From NCBI GenBank assembly GCA_035532155.1, contig DATKRN010000049.1, forward strand, positions 7,102-71,101: a DNA stretch of 64,000 bases. The letters run 5' to 3'. Position numbers and translations under genes: made by a program. Within the stretch, counting starts at the first letter, position 1, and each line of letters begins with the position of its first letter. The notes below the pieces were generated by a model. The model had not been told where the DNA came from. It was given only the letters and a program-made list of their open reading frames with translations, and did not search any database. The DNA comes from Verrucomicrobiia bacterium. GTDB lineage: Bacteria > Chloroflexota > Dormibacteria > Aeolococcales > Bog-877. Of this stretch, positions 51,306 through 60,202 are shown one piece after another.

Positions 51306-51684
51306 CCTGCACGCGCTCGGCTGGGTGCTGGTGGTCTTCTATGCCACCGACTACCTGCCCCCGCTGGCGGTCCGCTGGCTGGCTGCGGGCCCCGCCGACC
51401 GGGTGCGCCTCTACCTCGTCGGCTACTGTGCCCTGGGGCTGATCTGCTGGGGGCTGGGCGCGGCCTTCGGGGGGGGCTACCGGCGCGCGATCAGGGCCAG
51501 TCGCTACCCGCAGCGCTGGTTGGTGTTCCCCACCGTGCTGGCGGTGCTGCTGATCCCGGCCCAGGGGTGGAACGAGTGGCTGAGTCGGGGGGTCGAGGTG
51601 GTGGCCTGCCTGGCCGGGATCCACACGGGGCTCTGGCTCAGGTCACGTAGTCGGTGGCGGTGGCGGTCACGTTCCCCAGGCTGA
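51169..51684 (+). CDS. Putative small membrane protein (three to four TM helices)
   Basis: Plus-strand ORF encoding VILHALGWVLVVFYATDYLPPLAVRWLAAGPADRVRLYLVGYCALGLICWGLGAAFGG...WLVFPTVLAVLLIPAQGWNEWLSRGVEVVACLAGIHTGLWL. It is divergent from, or overlapping, the recJ 5' end. The start is uncertain. Confidence 0.3.
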   Translation: MEGRRGSRRRAGRPPARATPDRARTGDADRERARHRARSAQASRVILHALGWVLVVFYATDYLPPLAVRWLAAGPADRVRLYLVGYCALGLICWGLGAAFGGGYRRAIRASRYPQRWLVFPTVLAVLLIPAQGWNEWLSRGVEVVACLAGIHTGLWLRSRSRWRWRSRSPG

Positions 51685-52150
51685 GCCCGAAAGGAAGGCC
51701 GAACACGCGGTAGGGAAGGGTCAGGGTGACGACGCACCCGATCGTCCCCTGGGACGTGTCGGGGGCGGCCGTCTCCATGGTGGTGCTGTCGATGTTGGCG
51801 CCGAAGGGGCCGGCCGCGGCCTGGGCCACCGTGATCATCCCGGCGGGAGCCTGGCCCGCGGGGCTGGCGTTGAGACCGCACTGCGGCAGCGCGATCTGTC
51901 CCCCGCCCGGTGAGACGAGGTTGACGCCCGCCACCGCCCAGCGCGACGCCGCCTGCACCGACTGGTTGACCGCCTGCACCTCGAGGACGTAGAGGGCCAG
52001 GGTCATCATGCCCATGATCGTGAAGAGGAAAAGACTTCCCACCAGCGCGAACTCGACAATCGTCGCGCCCCGGGCTCGCTCCCGCCGGCCACCCGGGCGG
52101 CTGGGAGCGCCGGGCGCAGGCCGACCGCCCCGGTGCCTGGATGCCTCCAA
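51638..52150 (-). CDS. TadE-like (Flp pilus assembly, pseudopilin-like) protein
   Basis: TadE N-terminal motif ATIVEFALVGSLFLFTIMGMMTLALYV, then a small beta-rich domain. Confidence 0.65.
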   Translation of the reverse strand: MEASRHRGGRPAPGAPSRPGGRRERARGATIVEFALVGSLFLFTIMGMMTLALYVLEVQAVNQSVQAASRWAVAGVNLVSPGGGQIALPQCGLNASPAGQAPAGMITVAQAAAGPFGANIDSTTMETAAPDTSQGTIGCVVTLTLPYRVFGLPFGLSLGNVTATATDYVT

Positions 52151-52151
52151 C

Positions 52152-53120
52152 TCAGGACACCGACAGGGTGTAGGTCGCGGTGGCGGTCTGCGCGGTCGGG
52201 ACGGTGCTGTCCGTGACCGTCACCGTGAAGGTGCTCGCCTCTTTGGCCGTTGGGGTCCCGCTGATCGTGCCGGTGCTCGCGTCCAGGGCCAACCCTGCGG
52301 GCAGGCTCCCGGTGGTGACCGTCCAGGTGTACGGGACGGCGCCACCGGTGGCGCGCAAAGTGGTGGAGTACGCCGTCCCCGTGGTCGCCCCGGGCAGGGA
52401 CGGTGTCGAGATCGCGAGCGGCGCCCTGACGGTGAGGGAGAACGTGGCGGTGGCGGTCTCGGCGGCCGGGACACTGCTGTCCGTGACCGCGACGGTGACG
52501 GTGGAGGTTCCGGTGGCGGTCGGCGTTCCCGTGATCGCGCCCGAGGAGGTGAGGGTGAGCCCGGGGGGAAGCGTCCCCGAGAGCAGTGTCCAGCTGTCCG
52601 CGCCCACCCCCCCCGAGGCGGTCAGCTGGGCGGAGTAGAGCGAGCCCTGGACCCCGTCGGGCAGCGCCGTGGTGGCGACCGCCAGCACCCCCTCCTGGAC
52701 CAGCCCGACCGCGGAAGCGCTGATCACCACCGGGGAGGGAAGCAGCGGCGTGAGCAGGGGGAGCTGACAGGTCACGGTCACCTTCTGGTCATCGAAGCCG
52801 TTGGCGCCGTTCGGGTCCGGGACCGCAGCGGGGATGGCCGCGGAGAGGTTGGCGACGGGGCAGTCCAGCACCGTCGCCGCTAGGCCACTGCCGTTGCTGC
52901 CGGTGTTCTTCTCCGCCACAGCCGCGATCTGGGATGGGGACGCCGACGGGTTGTCCGCCGCGAACAGCGCCGCCTGGCGAGCGCCATCGGCGACCTGGAT
53001 CCCGACGAAGTACGCCCGCGCAAGGTCGGAGCCCCCGACCAGCAGGAGCAGCACGAACGGAGCCACCAGGGCGAACTCGACCAGGCTCTGGCCGCGCTGG
53101 CGTCGGCGCCTGCCCATCCC
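52152..53120 (-). CDS. TadE-like protein with two C-terminal Ig-like (He_PIG / cadherin-like) repeats
   Basis: QSLVEFALVAPFVLLLLVGGSDLARAYF TadE motif. Two about 90-aa repeats share LTASGGVGADSWTLLSGTLPPGLTLTSSGAITGTPTATGTSTVTVAVTDS and LRATGGAVPYTWTVTTGSLPAGLALDASTGTISGTPTAKEASTFTVTVTDS. Confidence 0.65.
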   Translation of the reverse strand, partial: GMGRRRRQRGQSLVEFALVAPFVLLLLVGGSDLARAYFVGIQVADGARQAALFAADNPSASPSQIAAVAEKNTGSNGSGLAATVLDCPVANLSAAIPAAVPDPNGANGFDDQKVTVTCQLPLLTPLLPSPVVISASAVGLVQEGVLAVATTALPDGVQGSLYSAQLTASGGVGADSWTLLSGTLPPGLTLTSSGAITGTPTATGTSTVTVAVTDSSVPAAETATATFSLTVRAPLAISTPSLPGATTGTAYSTTLRATGGAVPYTWTVTTGSLPAGLALDASTGTISGTPTAKEASTFTVTVTDSTVPTAQTATATYTLSVS

Positions 53121-53124
53121 GTCC

Positions 53125-54309
53125 CTACTGCAGCAGCTCAACGACGGCGACCCCCTGCAGACCGAGCGCAAGGCTCGACCCGGGCGTGCTCCAGAGGATG
53201 TCCTTCACGACTCCGTAGCAGGTCGCGCTCTTGGTACAGGCGTCACCGGTCACCAGCTCGACCTGTGCGATCGTGCACATGTAGAGTTCCTCACTGGTGC
53301 TGAGCGTGTACCCGCCGCAGTAGGACGTCGGGGGGGTGACCCCGGTCGGTGCCGGTGGCGGGTTCGGCTCATGGCATGCCGTGGTGCCGATCGGGGGCGC
53401 CGACGTCGAGGGCGCAACTCCGTCGCAGATCACATCGATCATGGGGATCCAGATTGTCTGCCCAGCGGTCAGGTCCGGACCCCACGACCCCTGTCCCGGC
53501 TGCGCGTTGACCCAATTGCCCACCCGGATCGGGTTGGGATTCAGCCCCTCTGGCTTGAGGTCGCCCTTGAACCGGCTGTTCACGTAGTTGGTCTCGCAGG
53601 GCACCAGGCTCGACCAGTGGTTGGAGGCGTGGTAGTAGACGGTGTCGCCGATGGCGAGGATGCCGGTGTTGGTCGGGTCGGCGGAGGTGCACCCCTGGTA
53701 CCAGGCGACGAAGGGCTCGCCGCTGCCGGTGAAGATGGTGAAGACCGAGATCGCCTTGGCGGTCTCCTGCGCCGAGCTGATGCCGACGATCGGCAGCAGC
53801 TCGGTCAGGTGGGCATCGATGGCCGTCACCGCCACCCCCCGGGGGGCGGTCGGCGACCAGGTCGAGGCGCTGCACCAGCTCGCGCTGGAGGTGGTGGAGG
53901 TCGGGCCGATCACCACGCCCGAGCTGTCGGTGAAGGTGGCGGTAGAGCTGGTGGCGGCCCCCTGCCCCGCCACCCCGTCCGCGACCAGGCCGGCGATCGC
54001 GGACGTGATCTGGGTGTTGGTGTTGGTGAGCGCCACCCCGTTGAGGCAGTTGTCGTAGTCCTGGGCCAGCATCCGTGCTCCACCGTCGGCGGCGGTGTCG
54101 GCGGCGGCCTGCAGCGCACGCTGGTCGACGTAGGCGCGTCCCGCGTCGAAGGCGAGACCGACCACCGCGACGATGGCGATCGCCGCCAGCGCGAACAGCA
54201 CCGCCACCTGGCCCCCCGCCCGTCGCCTCCGCGAGGAGCGCCCGCGGCCGAGCGACAGCGTGACTCGCCGGCCGCCCCGGTCCCCGTGCCTCATCGAGCC
54301 CTCCTGCAT
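53125..54309 (-). CDS. TadG-like / putative Tad-pilus pseudopilin with a large Thr/Ser-rich extracellular domain
   Basis: TM plus Tad motif GQVAVLFALAAIAIVAVVGLAFDAGRAYVDQRALQAAAD. C-terminal 300 aa are Cys-containing and Thr/Ser-rich. Confidence 0.6.
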   Translation of the reverse strand: MQEGSMRHGDRGGRRVTLSLGRGRSSRRRRAGGQVAVLFALAAIAIVAVVGLAFDAGRAYVDQRALQAAADTAADGGARMLAQDYDNCLNGVALTNTNTQITSAIAGLVADGVAGQGAATSSTATFTDSSGVVIGPTSTTSSASWCSASTWSPTAPRGVAVTAIDAHLTELLPIVGISSAQETAKAISVFTIFTGSGEPFVAWYQGCTSADPTNTGILAIGDTVYYHASNHWSSLVPCETNYVNSRFKGDLKPEGLNPNPIRVGNWVNAQPGQGSWGPDLTAGQTIWIPMIDVICDGVAPSTSAPPIGTTACHEPNPPPAPTGVTPPTSYCGGYTLSTSEELYMCTIAQVELVTGDACTKSATCYGVVKDILWSTPGSSLALGLQGVAVVELLQ

Positions 54310-54457
54310 CGGGCGCGTCCCACCGATCCCAGCGGATCCCGCTCCGACCCACCCGGCGTCCCGCCCCAGGGGGCAGGCCACCGCCGCGCCGGGACGACAC
54401 CGCCTCTCCGCCGCCTTCGGGATAGCAACGCCTGAGCCCGGGCAAGTACCCGCCAGC

Positions 54458-55468
54458 TCACGGTCGCGGGCGGTGCCCACCCGCGGCACGACCGGGTGCG
54501 GACGGCAGGGGCGCTGGCGTAGGGGAAAGGGCGGAGGTGGGAGACGGGCTGGGCGACGGGACCGGGTGCACCGCGGGGGACGCGGCCGCCGCCGGAACGG
54601 GGCGCGGACCGGTGGGGACCGACTGCCGCCCCCGGGTCAGCCCCGTCGCGAGCCGCGGCCGGGCGGAGGGCTGCTGGAACGCCCGTCCCCTGGCGCCGCT
54701 CGCCGGGGGGGTCCGCCTCCCCCGCGAACCTCCGGGCGAGCGCTCCCCCCGGGGGCCGGAGGGCCGCCCCGGCCGCGGCGCGCGCGGGGTCGCGGGCGAG
54801 GCGCCCCAGCTGGGCGGGGACCCGGTCGCAGGCGAGGCGCCCCAGCTGGGCGGGGAGCCGGTCGCGGGCGAGGCACCTCTGCTGGGCGGGGAGCCGGTCG
54901 CGGCCATCCCGACCGGGCCGGTCGGTCCCGGGCGGTGCCCCGCCGGGTACGCGCGATCCGGCCGCACCCCGAGAGCGTGGCCGTTCCGGCCGCGCCCCCC
55001 CGAAGCGGGCCGGTGGGGGCTGGGGCGCGTGACGACGCCGCAGGCAGCCCCGTGCCCACAGGCCGGATGCTGCTTGCGGCGGGGCACCGCCAGGGCCCGC
55101 GGGGTCCTGGCCGGGAGCGCGACCCGGGTTGCCAGGGCGGGGGTCAGCTGCGGGGCACCCTGTGCGGCTGGAGACCGGGTGAGGGAGGCCGAGCGGGAGC
55201 GGCGGGGCGTGGCCGGCGGCCTCGCTCCCAGCCAGCCAGCCTGGGCGGCGGCGGCGACACCCCCGGCGACTGAGGCCAGCCCCAGCACCCCCAGGGCGGT
55301 GGCACGCCATCCGATCCGGCGAGCGCGCCGGCCGCGACGGTGGGGCAGGGCGACCGGGCGACGGACCCGGGGGTCGACCCGCAGCCCTCCCAGCACGCGC
55401 TCCAACTCGCCCTCGAGCCAGCGCTCGAAGAGAAGTGGCGACAGGTCATCGGGGACGGAAGACAGCAT
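54458..55468 (-). CDS. Single-pass membrane protein with a cytoplasmic N-terminal domain and a Pro/Ser/Gly-rich repetitive exterior
   Basis: The start was set to MLSSVPDDLSPLLFERWLEGELERVL at 55468. TM ATALGVLGLASVAGGVAAAA. Exterior carries (GSPPSWGASPAT)x3, encoded by a 36-bp tandem repeat. Confidence 0.45.
   Translation of the reverse strand: MLSSVPDDLSPLLFERWLEGELERVLGGLRVDPRVRRPVALPHRRGRRARRIGWRATALGVLGLASVAGGVAAAAQAGWLGARPPATPRRSRSASLTRSPAAQGAPQLTPALATRVALPARTPRALAVPRRKQHPACGHGAACGVVTRPSPHRPASGGRGRNGHALGVRPDRAYPAGHRPGPTGPVGMAATGSPPSRGASPATGSPPSWGASPATGSPPSWGASPATPRAPRPGRPSGPRGERSPGGSRGRRTPPASGARGRAFQQPSARPRLATGLTRGRQSVPTGPRPVPAAAASPAVHPVPSPSPSPTSALSPTPAPLPSAPGRAAGGHRPRP
54789..54905. 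repeat. 36-bp tandem repeat, about 3.3 copies, inside a coding region
   Basis: GGTCGCGGGCGAGGCGCCCCAGCTGGGCGGGGACCC repeated with 1-4 mismatches per copy (54789..54824, 54825..54860, 54861..54896, then a partial copy). It encodes GSPPSWGASPAT units on the minus strand. Confidence 0.7.
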
Positions 55469-55618
55469 GAGCGTCAGCTGAGGAACGCCCCCGACGGGGA
55501 GAGTACCCGCCACGACCCACGGCGGAGATCGCCGGGGAAGGAGTCCGCCTGCCCATCCGCCTAGGGGAGGTGGTCGCGGGCAACCCGTGGGCGCCGCATC
55601 CGCACCGACCGGGTCAGG

Positions 55619-56593
55619 TCAGTGCCCGTGCCCCTTGCCGGTGCCAGGCCCATTCTTGCTGCCGTTCCCCCGGCCCCCACCGGTGGGGGTGGCGGCGGGG
55701 CTGGGCGCCGCGGAGGGGGTGGCGGCGGGGGTGGGGGTTGCTGTCGGGACTGGGGCGGCCGACGCCGACGCAGCCGTCCCGGGCGTGGGGATCGCCTTGG
55801 GGCCCCTCCCCTTCCCGGGCCCCACCCTCCGGCCGGTGCCCGGCCCGCGCCGGTGGGCCGGGCGGGCAGTCCGGTGGATCGGGGTCGAGCCGGGCGTCGG
55901 CGTGGGACCGCCCGGGGACGTCGCTGTCGAGCGCGGTGTCGCCGGAGGCGGCAGCGGCGGGGTGGCCGACGGGGTCGAAACCGGGGTCGCCAGCGGGGTC
56001 GAGACCGGGGTCGGCGGCTGGCTGGCGGTCGCGGTCGGGCGGGAGGTCGGACGCGCCGCCCGCGGCGACGCCGGAGCGGGCGGCGCACCGGTTGGGGTGG
56101 GAGCCTGCGCGCTCGGGGGCGGCGTCGGGTGCCGCGGCCCCGGGCTCGCTGGGCCGCCCGGGGTCGCCGCGGAGGCCGAGCGAGATGCGGAAAGGGGGCT
56201 GGCCACGCGCCGCGTCGCGCTCGGGCGGGGAGTGGGGGTTGCATCCGCGGTTGCCCCCCCTCCCCCCCGGCCACCGGCCGCCCGAGGAGTCGGACGGGGG
56301 GTCCGACCCGGGGTCGCCACCGCACCGGTCCGGTGGCCCCCGGCCCCACGGGTCAGCACCGCCGCGGTGCCACCCGCGGCGAGGGCGGCCGCCATCACCG
56401 CGCCCGCGAGCAGCAGCTTGGCGGGCAGCAGCCCGAGGGTCGTCACCCAGACCGTGCGGCGCCTGGGCCGCCCGGGGGGGTGGGCGCGGTAGCGCGGGGG
56501 GCCGGCGTCGGACGCAGCCCCGGCCGCCGCCACCAGCTGCTCGGAGAGGCTCGCGTCCAGCCAGCGGTCGGTGTCGTCCGGCGTCGGCCTCAT
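55619..56593 (-). CDS. Putative anti-sigma factor: cytoplasmic N-terminal domain, one TM helix, long Pro/Thr/Ala-rich extracytoplasmic tail
   Basis: It starts 1 nt after the ECF sigma stop. MRPTPDDTDRWLDASLSEQLVAAAGA..., TM TVWVTTLGLLPAKLLLAGAVMAAALAAGGTAAVL. Then about 240 aa of PT-rich low complexity (TPVSTPLATPVSTPSATPPLPPPATP). Confidence 0.55.
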   Translation of the reverse strand: MRPTPDDTDRWLDASLSEQLVAAAGAASDAGPPRYRAHPPGRPRRRTVWVTTLGLLPAKLLLAGAVMAAALAAGGTAAVLTRGAGGHRTGAVATPGRTPRPTPRAAGGRGGGGATADATPTPRPSATRRVASPLSASRSASAATPGGPASPGPRHPTPPPSAQAPTPTGAPPAPASPRAARPTSRPTATASQPPTPVSTPLATPVSTPSATPPLPPPATPRSTATSPGGPTPTPGSTPIHRTARPAHRRGPGTGRRVGPGKGRGPKAIPTPGTAASASAAPVPTATPTPAATPSAAPSPAATPTGGGRGNGSKNGPGTGKGHGH

Positions 56594-57159
56594 CGCGCCA
56601 GCTCCTCGTGCGCGGTCGCCGCCGGCTGGCTGCGGCCGCCCACATCGATCGCCCCGGTCCCCAGCTCAGCGGCGAGTCGGGCCCGGGCGGCGGCGAGCCG
56701 GGACGCGATCGTCCGCTCGGGGACCCCCAGCGCCACCGCGATCTCCCGATTGCTGTATCCGTGGTGATGGCGGAGCACGATCGCCGCCGCCTGCTTGGGG
56801 GGGAGCCGGCGCAACGCCTGGACCAGCACCTGGACCCCCACGCCGTCGGCGGGGTCGGGGGGACCGGCGGGACGACCGATTCGGCGCACCAGCTCCCCCA
56901 CCCCGCGGATGCGCTCGCGGCGCCGGTGGGAGATGGCGACGTTGAGCCCGATCCGATGGAGCCAGGCCTCAGCCGGGGCGTCGGGGCGCCAGCGGTCCCA
57001 GACCGCCAGCGCCCGCACAAACGTCTCCTGGACACAGTCCTCGGCGGCGGCGGGGTCCCCCACCACGCCGATCAGGGTGTGGAGGAGGCGGTCGCGGGTG
57101 TCCTGGTAGAGGCGGTCGAAGTCGGCCGGCGACCCGGGCTGGTACGCCTGCACGTCCAC
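56590..57159 (-). CDS. ECF-subfamily RNA polymerase sigma-70 factor
   Basis: Region 2 (DCVQETFVRALAVWDRWRP...AWLHRIGLNVAISHRRR) and region 4 (LPPKQAAAIVLRHHHGYSNREIAVALGVPERTIASRLAAARARL). Confidence 0.85.
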   Translation of the reverse strand: MDVQAYQPGSPADFDRLYQDTRDRLLHTLIGVVGDPAAAEDCVQETFVRALAVWDRWRPDAPAEAWLHRIGLNVAISHRRRERIRGVGELVRRIGRPAGPPDPADGVGVQVLVQALRRLPPKQAAAIVLRHHHGYSNREIAVALGVPERTIASRLAAARARLAAELGTGAIDVGGRSQPAATAHEELAR

Positions 57160-57264
57160 CGTGCCAGTATGCCCAGGGCCGCGGAAGGGGGCGAGGCCGG
57201 GCCGGGGTCCGTCACCGATCCCGTGCCGAGCTGTTGAGCCGCCGTCAGCCGAAGGCCACCGCTC

Positions 57265-59295
57265 TCAGCCGCCGACGCCGGCTCTCCTGGGCGCGAGCGG
57301 CAGCCGGGCGAGGCTCACCCCCTCCCGGTCGCGGGGACGGTCCTCGACCGCGCCATAGAGGGTGGTCCGCTCGCGGGGGACGCGTCCCACCGCGCGGATC
57401 GCGGCCTCGATCGCCTCCGGCTCCAGGTTCTGGCCGTGATCGGCCCCGCTCATCCGCGTGATCGACTCCTCCATCAAGGTCCCGCCGAAGTCGTTGGCGC
57501 CCCAGCCCAGCGACTCAGCGACCCCGTCCGCCCCCAGCTTCACCCAGGAGGTCTGGATGTTGGGCAGCTCGGCCCCGAAGTAGAGCCGACAGAAGGCGGT
57601 GAAGCGGAGCGACTCCTCCAGCCCGGTGGTGCGGGCGATCCCGAAGTACCGGCCCAGGGTGTTGTGCTCGACCTGGAACGGCAGCAGCACGAACTCGGTG
57701 AAGCCATGGGTCTCGCGCTGGAGGTTGCGGATCACCTCCAGGTGGCGCAGGCGGTGCGACCAGCTCTCGATGTGCCCATACATGATCGTGCTGGTGGTGC
57801 GGATGCCGAGACCGTGCGCGCTTCGCATCACGTCGACCCAGTCCTGCGCCGAGAGCTTCTCCGGGCAGAGCACCCGGCGGACCTCCTCCACCAGCACCTC
57901 CGCGGCCGTCCCCGGCAGGGTGCCCAGGCCAGCGTCCTGGAGCTGGGCCAGGACGTCGTGGAGAGAGCGCCCCGAGAGCTCGGCGAGGTAGCGAATCTCC
58001 TCCGGCGACAGGGCATGGAGGTGGAGGGTGGGCCAGCGCCACTTGATGTCGCGAAAGAGCTGGTCGTAGTGGGCGAGGTCCAGCTCGGGGGAGAGCCCGG
58101 ACTGCATGCAGATCTCGGTCGCTCCGCGCGCCACCGCATCTTCCAGCTTGGCGAAGATGGTGGCCCGGTCGTGGTGGTAGGCGCCCTTGGCACGGAGCGA
58201 GCTGCGCTTGAATCCGCAGAAGGTGCAGCTGCCGACGCAGACGTTGCTGATGTTCACGTTGCGGTTGATGACATAGGTGACAACGTCGCCGACCAGCTCG
58301 CGTCGCAGGCTGTCGGCGGCCGCCCTCAGATCGGCCGCTGACTCCGCATACACCGGCAGCCGCTCCTGCAGCCGGAAGCCCAGCCCGCGGGCGCCGGCCT
58401 CCAGCTCGTCCGTGGCCGGCCAGGGGAGGGCGGGACTGATCGAATCGCCGTCCAGCGAGATTCCCCCGAGGTCGCGCGCGCCCGCGACCACCAGCTCCGG
58501 CCAGGTGGTCCGGTTGAGGTTGGGCGGCACCTGGACGGCGACGTCGGCGGGCAGCACCGCCCGCGCCATCGCCACCGCGTCCCGCATCGTGGCGGGATCG
58601 GGTGCGGGCCAGTCGGCCATCGGGGTGGCCGGCTTGGGCACGAAGTTCTGGACGATCACCTCCTGGACGTGGTGGTGGCGGGCATGGCTGGCCGCGATCG
58701 CCTCCAAGGTGGCCGCCCGGTCGTCCGCGGTCTCGCCGATCCCGACCAGCAGTCCGGTGGTGAAGGGAATCCGGAGCTCGCCGGCATCCTCCAGGTGTCG
58801 GAGCCGCTCGGCGAAGCGCTTGCCTCCGCCCCGAGCGTGGGCGGCGAGGTCGTCTCGGGTGCTCTCCAGCATGAGACCCATCGAGGCGTTCCAGGGCTTG
58901 AGCGCCGCCAGGCTCGCCCGCGAGAGGAGACCGACGTTGGTGTGGGGCAGGAGACCGCGTCGCATCGCGCGGCGGCAGACCTCGATGACCCGGTCGACAT
59001 ACGCCCCCTCGTCCGCGAGCCCGAGGTCGGGGAGCCGCCAGGGCTCCTCCCCCGACATGATCAGCACCTCGCGACACTGGAGCCGGGCCGCCTCGTCGAG
59101 GAGACGGTCGACCTCGGCCCACGGCATCAGCTGGCCCTGGTCGGTGCGGTACTCGCAGTAGCCGCACCGCTTGGCGCAACGGGTGGTGACGTCCACCGTG
59201 TAGCTGCGGCTGTAGGTGAGGCAGCGGTCCTGGTAGCTGGGGGCGTGCCGGGTCACCTCGCCGAGGGGGGTGGACCAGGCTGCCTCGTAGGCCAT
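57265..59295 (-). CDS. fbiC: FO synthase (7,8-didemethyl-8-hydroxy-5-deazariboflavin synthase), bifunctional CofG+CofH, F420 biosynthesis
   Basis: Two radical-SAM CxxxCxxC motifs: N-terminal TTRCAKRCGYCEY (CofG half) and central VGSCTFCGFKR (CofH half). 676 aa. Confidence 0.85.
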   Translation of the reverse strand: MAYEAAWSTPLGEVTRHAPSYQDRCLTYSRSYTVDVTTRCAKRCGYCEYRTDQGQLMPWAEVDRLLDEAARLQCREVLIMSGEEPWRLPDLGLADEGAYVDRVIEVCRRAMRRGLLPHTNVGLLSRASLAALKPWNASMGLMLESTRDDLAAHARGGGKRFAERLRHLEDAGELRIPFTTGLLVGIGETADDRAATLEAIAASHARHHHVQEVIVQNFVPKPATPMADWPAPDPATMRDAVAMARAVLPADVAVQVPPNLNRTTWPELVVAGARDLGGISLDGDSISPALPWPATDELEAGARGLGFRLQERLPVYAESAADLRAAADSLRRELVGDVVTYVINRNVNISNVCVGSCTFCGFKRSSLRAKGAYHHDRATIFAKLEDAVARGATEICMQSGLSPELDLAHYDQLFRDIKWRWPTLHLHALSPEEIRYLAELSGRSLHDVLAQLQDAGLGTLPGTAAEVLVEEVRRVLCPEKLSAQDWVDVMRSAHGLGIRTTSTIMYGHIESWSHRLRHLEVIRNLQRETHGFTEFVLLPFQVEHNTLGRYFGIARTTGLEESLRFTAFCRLYFGAELPNIQTSWVKLGADGVAESLGWGANDFGGTLMEESITRMSGADHGQNLEPEAIEAAIRAVGRVPRERTTLYGAVEDRPRDREGVSLARLPLAPRRAGVGG

Positions 59296-59340
59296 CGCCT
59301 CCGATTATCGCGATCGGGGGACGGCAGCGCCGCGCTCCCG

Positions 59341-60057
59341 TCAGCGCCCCGGGCCGCCCTCCGCGCTCGCGGCGGTGAGCCCCTGCCGGGCCGCGTGGGC
59401 GTCCACCACCGCCAGCAGCCGCTCAAGGAACGCCTCTCGCTCCGCCGCCGCCTCGACCGAACCCGGAACCGGCCACTGGGGGCCGCGATGGCTGATCCAG
59501 GGAGGGATCTCCTGGTGGGCCACCACCCCGTCGACGACCAGGGCGACCCACTCCGGGCGGAGATCGTCGACCCGCAGCATCACCCGCAGCAGGTAGCCGT
59601 TGTGGCCGGCGAGCGCCCAGATCCGCTCCCAGCGCCCCTGCTCGCGGCGGGCGCGGTCCGAGCGGCTGTAACGAACGGTGGGATCGTCGAACACCGTGTG
59701 GTGCATCCCCGCCCAGCGGCGCAGCCGCGTCTCCAGCCCAGGCTCCAGGGCGCGTGCCACGTTCAGCACCAGCGAGGCGGCCCGGCTGTCCAGGTCGGGG
59801 GGCTGGAGCGGGGTCCCGCGCGCGGCGGCGAGGCGGAGGACCTCCACGATGCTGGCGTGGCGCATGCAGTAGCCGCGCCCGCCCACCAGCCGCATGTGGC
59901 CCCGGCAGCCGGCCCGACCGCACTCCACCCGGCGGCGGTCGAGATAGCCGCATCGAAACGCTTCGGTCTGGTCGCAGCCGGGGTAGTCGCAGCCGCCGTC
60001 CACCGGCTCCCAGCCGACCGAGCCCCCGCCGGGCTGCTGGGCTGCCCCGTCGCGCAT
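59341..60057 (-). CDS. Hypothetical Cys-rich protein (possible zinc-binding N-terminal domain)
   Basis: 238 aa. N-terminus CDYPGCDQTEAFRCGYLDRRRVECGRAGCRGHMRLVGGRGYCMRHA has seven Cys and two His in 45 residues. The rest is soluble-protein-like. No family recognised. Confidence 0.45.
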   Translation of the reverse strand: MRDGAAQQPGGGSVGWEPVDGGCDYPGCDQTEAFRCGYLDRRRVECGRAGCRGHMRLVGGRGYCMRHASIVEVLRLAAARGTPLQPPDLDSRAASLVLNVARALEPGLETRLRRWAGMHHTVFDDPTVRYSRSDRARREQGRWERIWALAGHNGYLLRVMLRVDDLRPEWVALVVDGVVAHQEIPPWISHRGPQWPVPGSVEAAAEREAFLERLLAVVDAHAARQGLTAASAEGGPGR

Positions 60058-60202
60058 CGCTCACCCCCCTCGGCGGGCCGCGGAGCCCGGCACCCCGGGC
60101 CGGGTCAGGCCGCCCGGCCGCGGCAGCCGCCACTGGTCGGACAATAGCCGAGCCGCCCCCGCGAGGCAACCCGCCCCAAGGTGGCGGCCCAGAAGGCGGC
60201 GC

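Noticed and set aside
48516-51650. 1044-aa plus-strand ORF
   Set aside because: Antisense to the dienelactone hydrolase and recJ genes. No recognisable domains. Low-complexity Gly/Arg/Pro content.
55570-57237. Plus-strand ORFs of 555, 301 and 381 aa across the ECF sigma / anti-sigma locus
   Set aside because: Antisense to a clear ECF sigma factor (regions 2 and 4) and its anti-sigma. Arg/Gly/Pro-rich artefacts.
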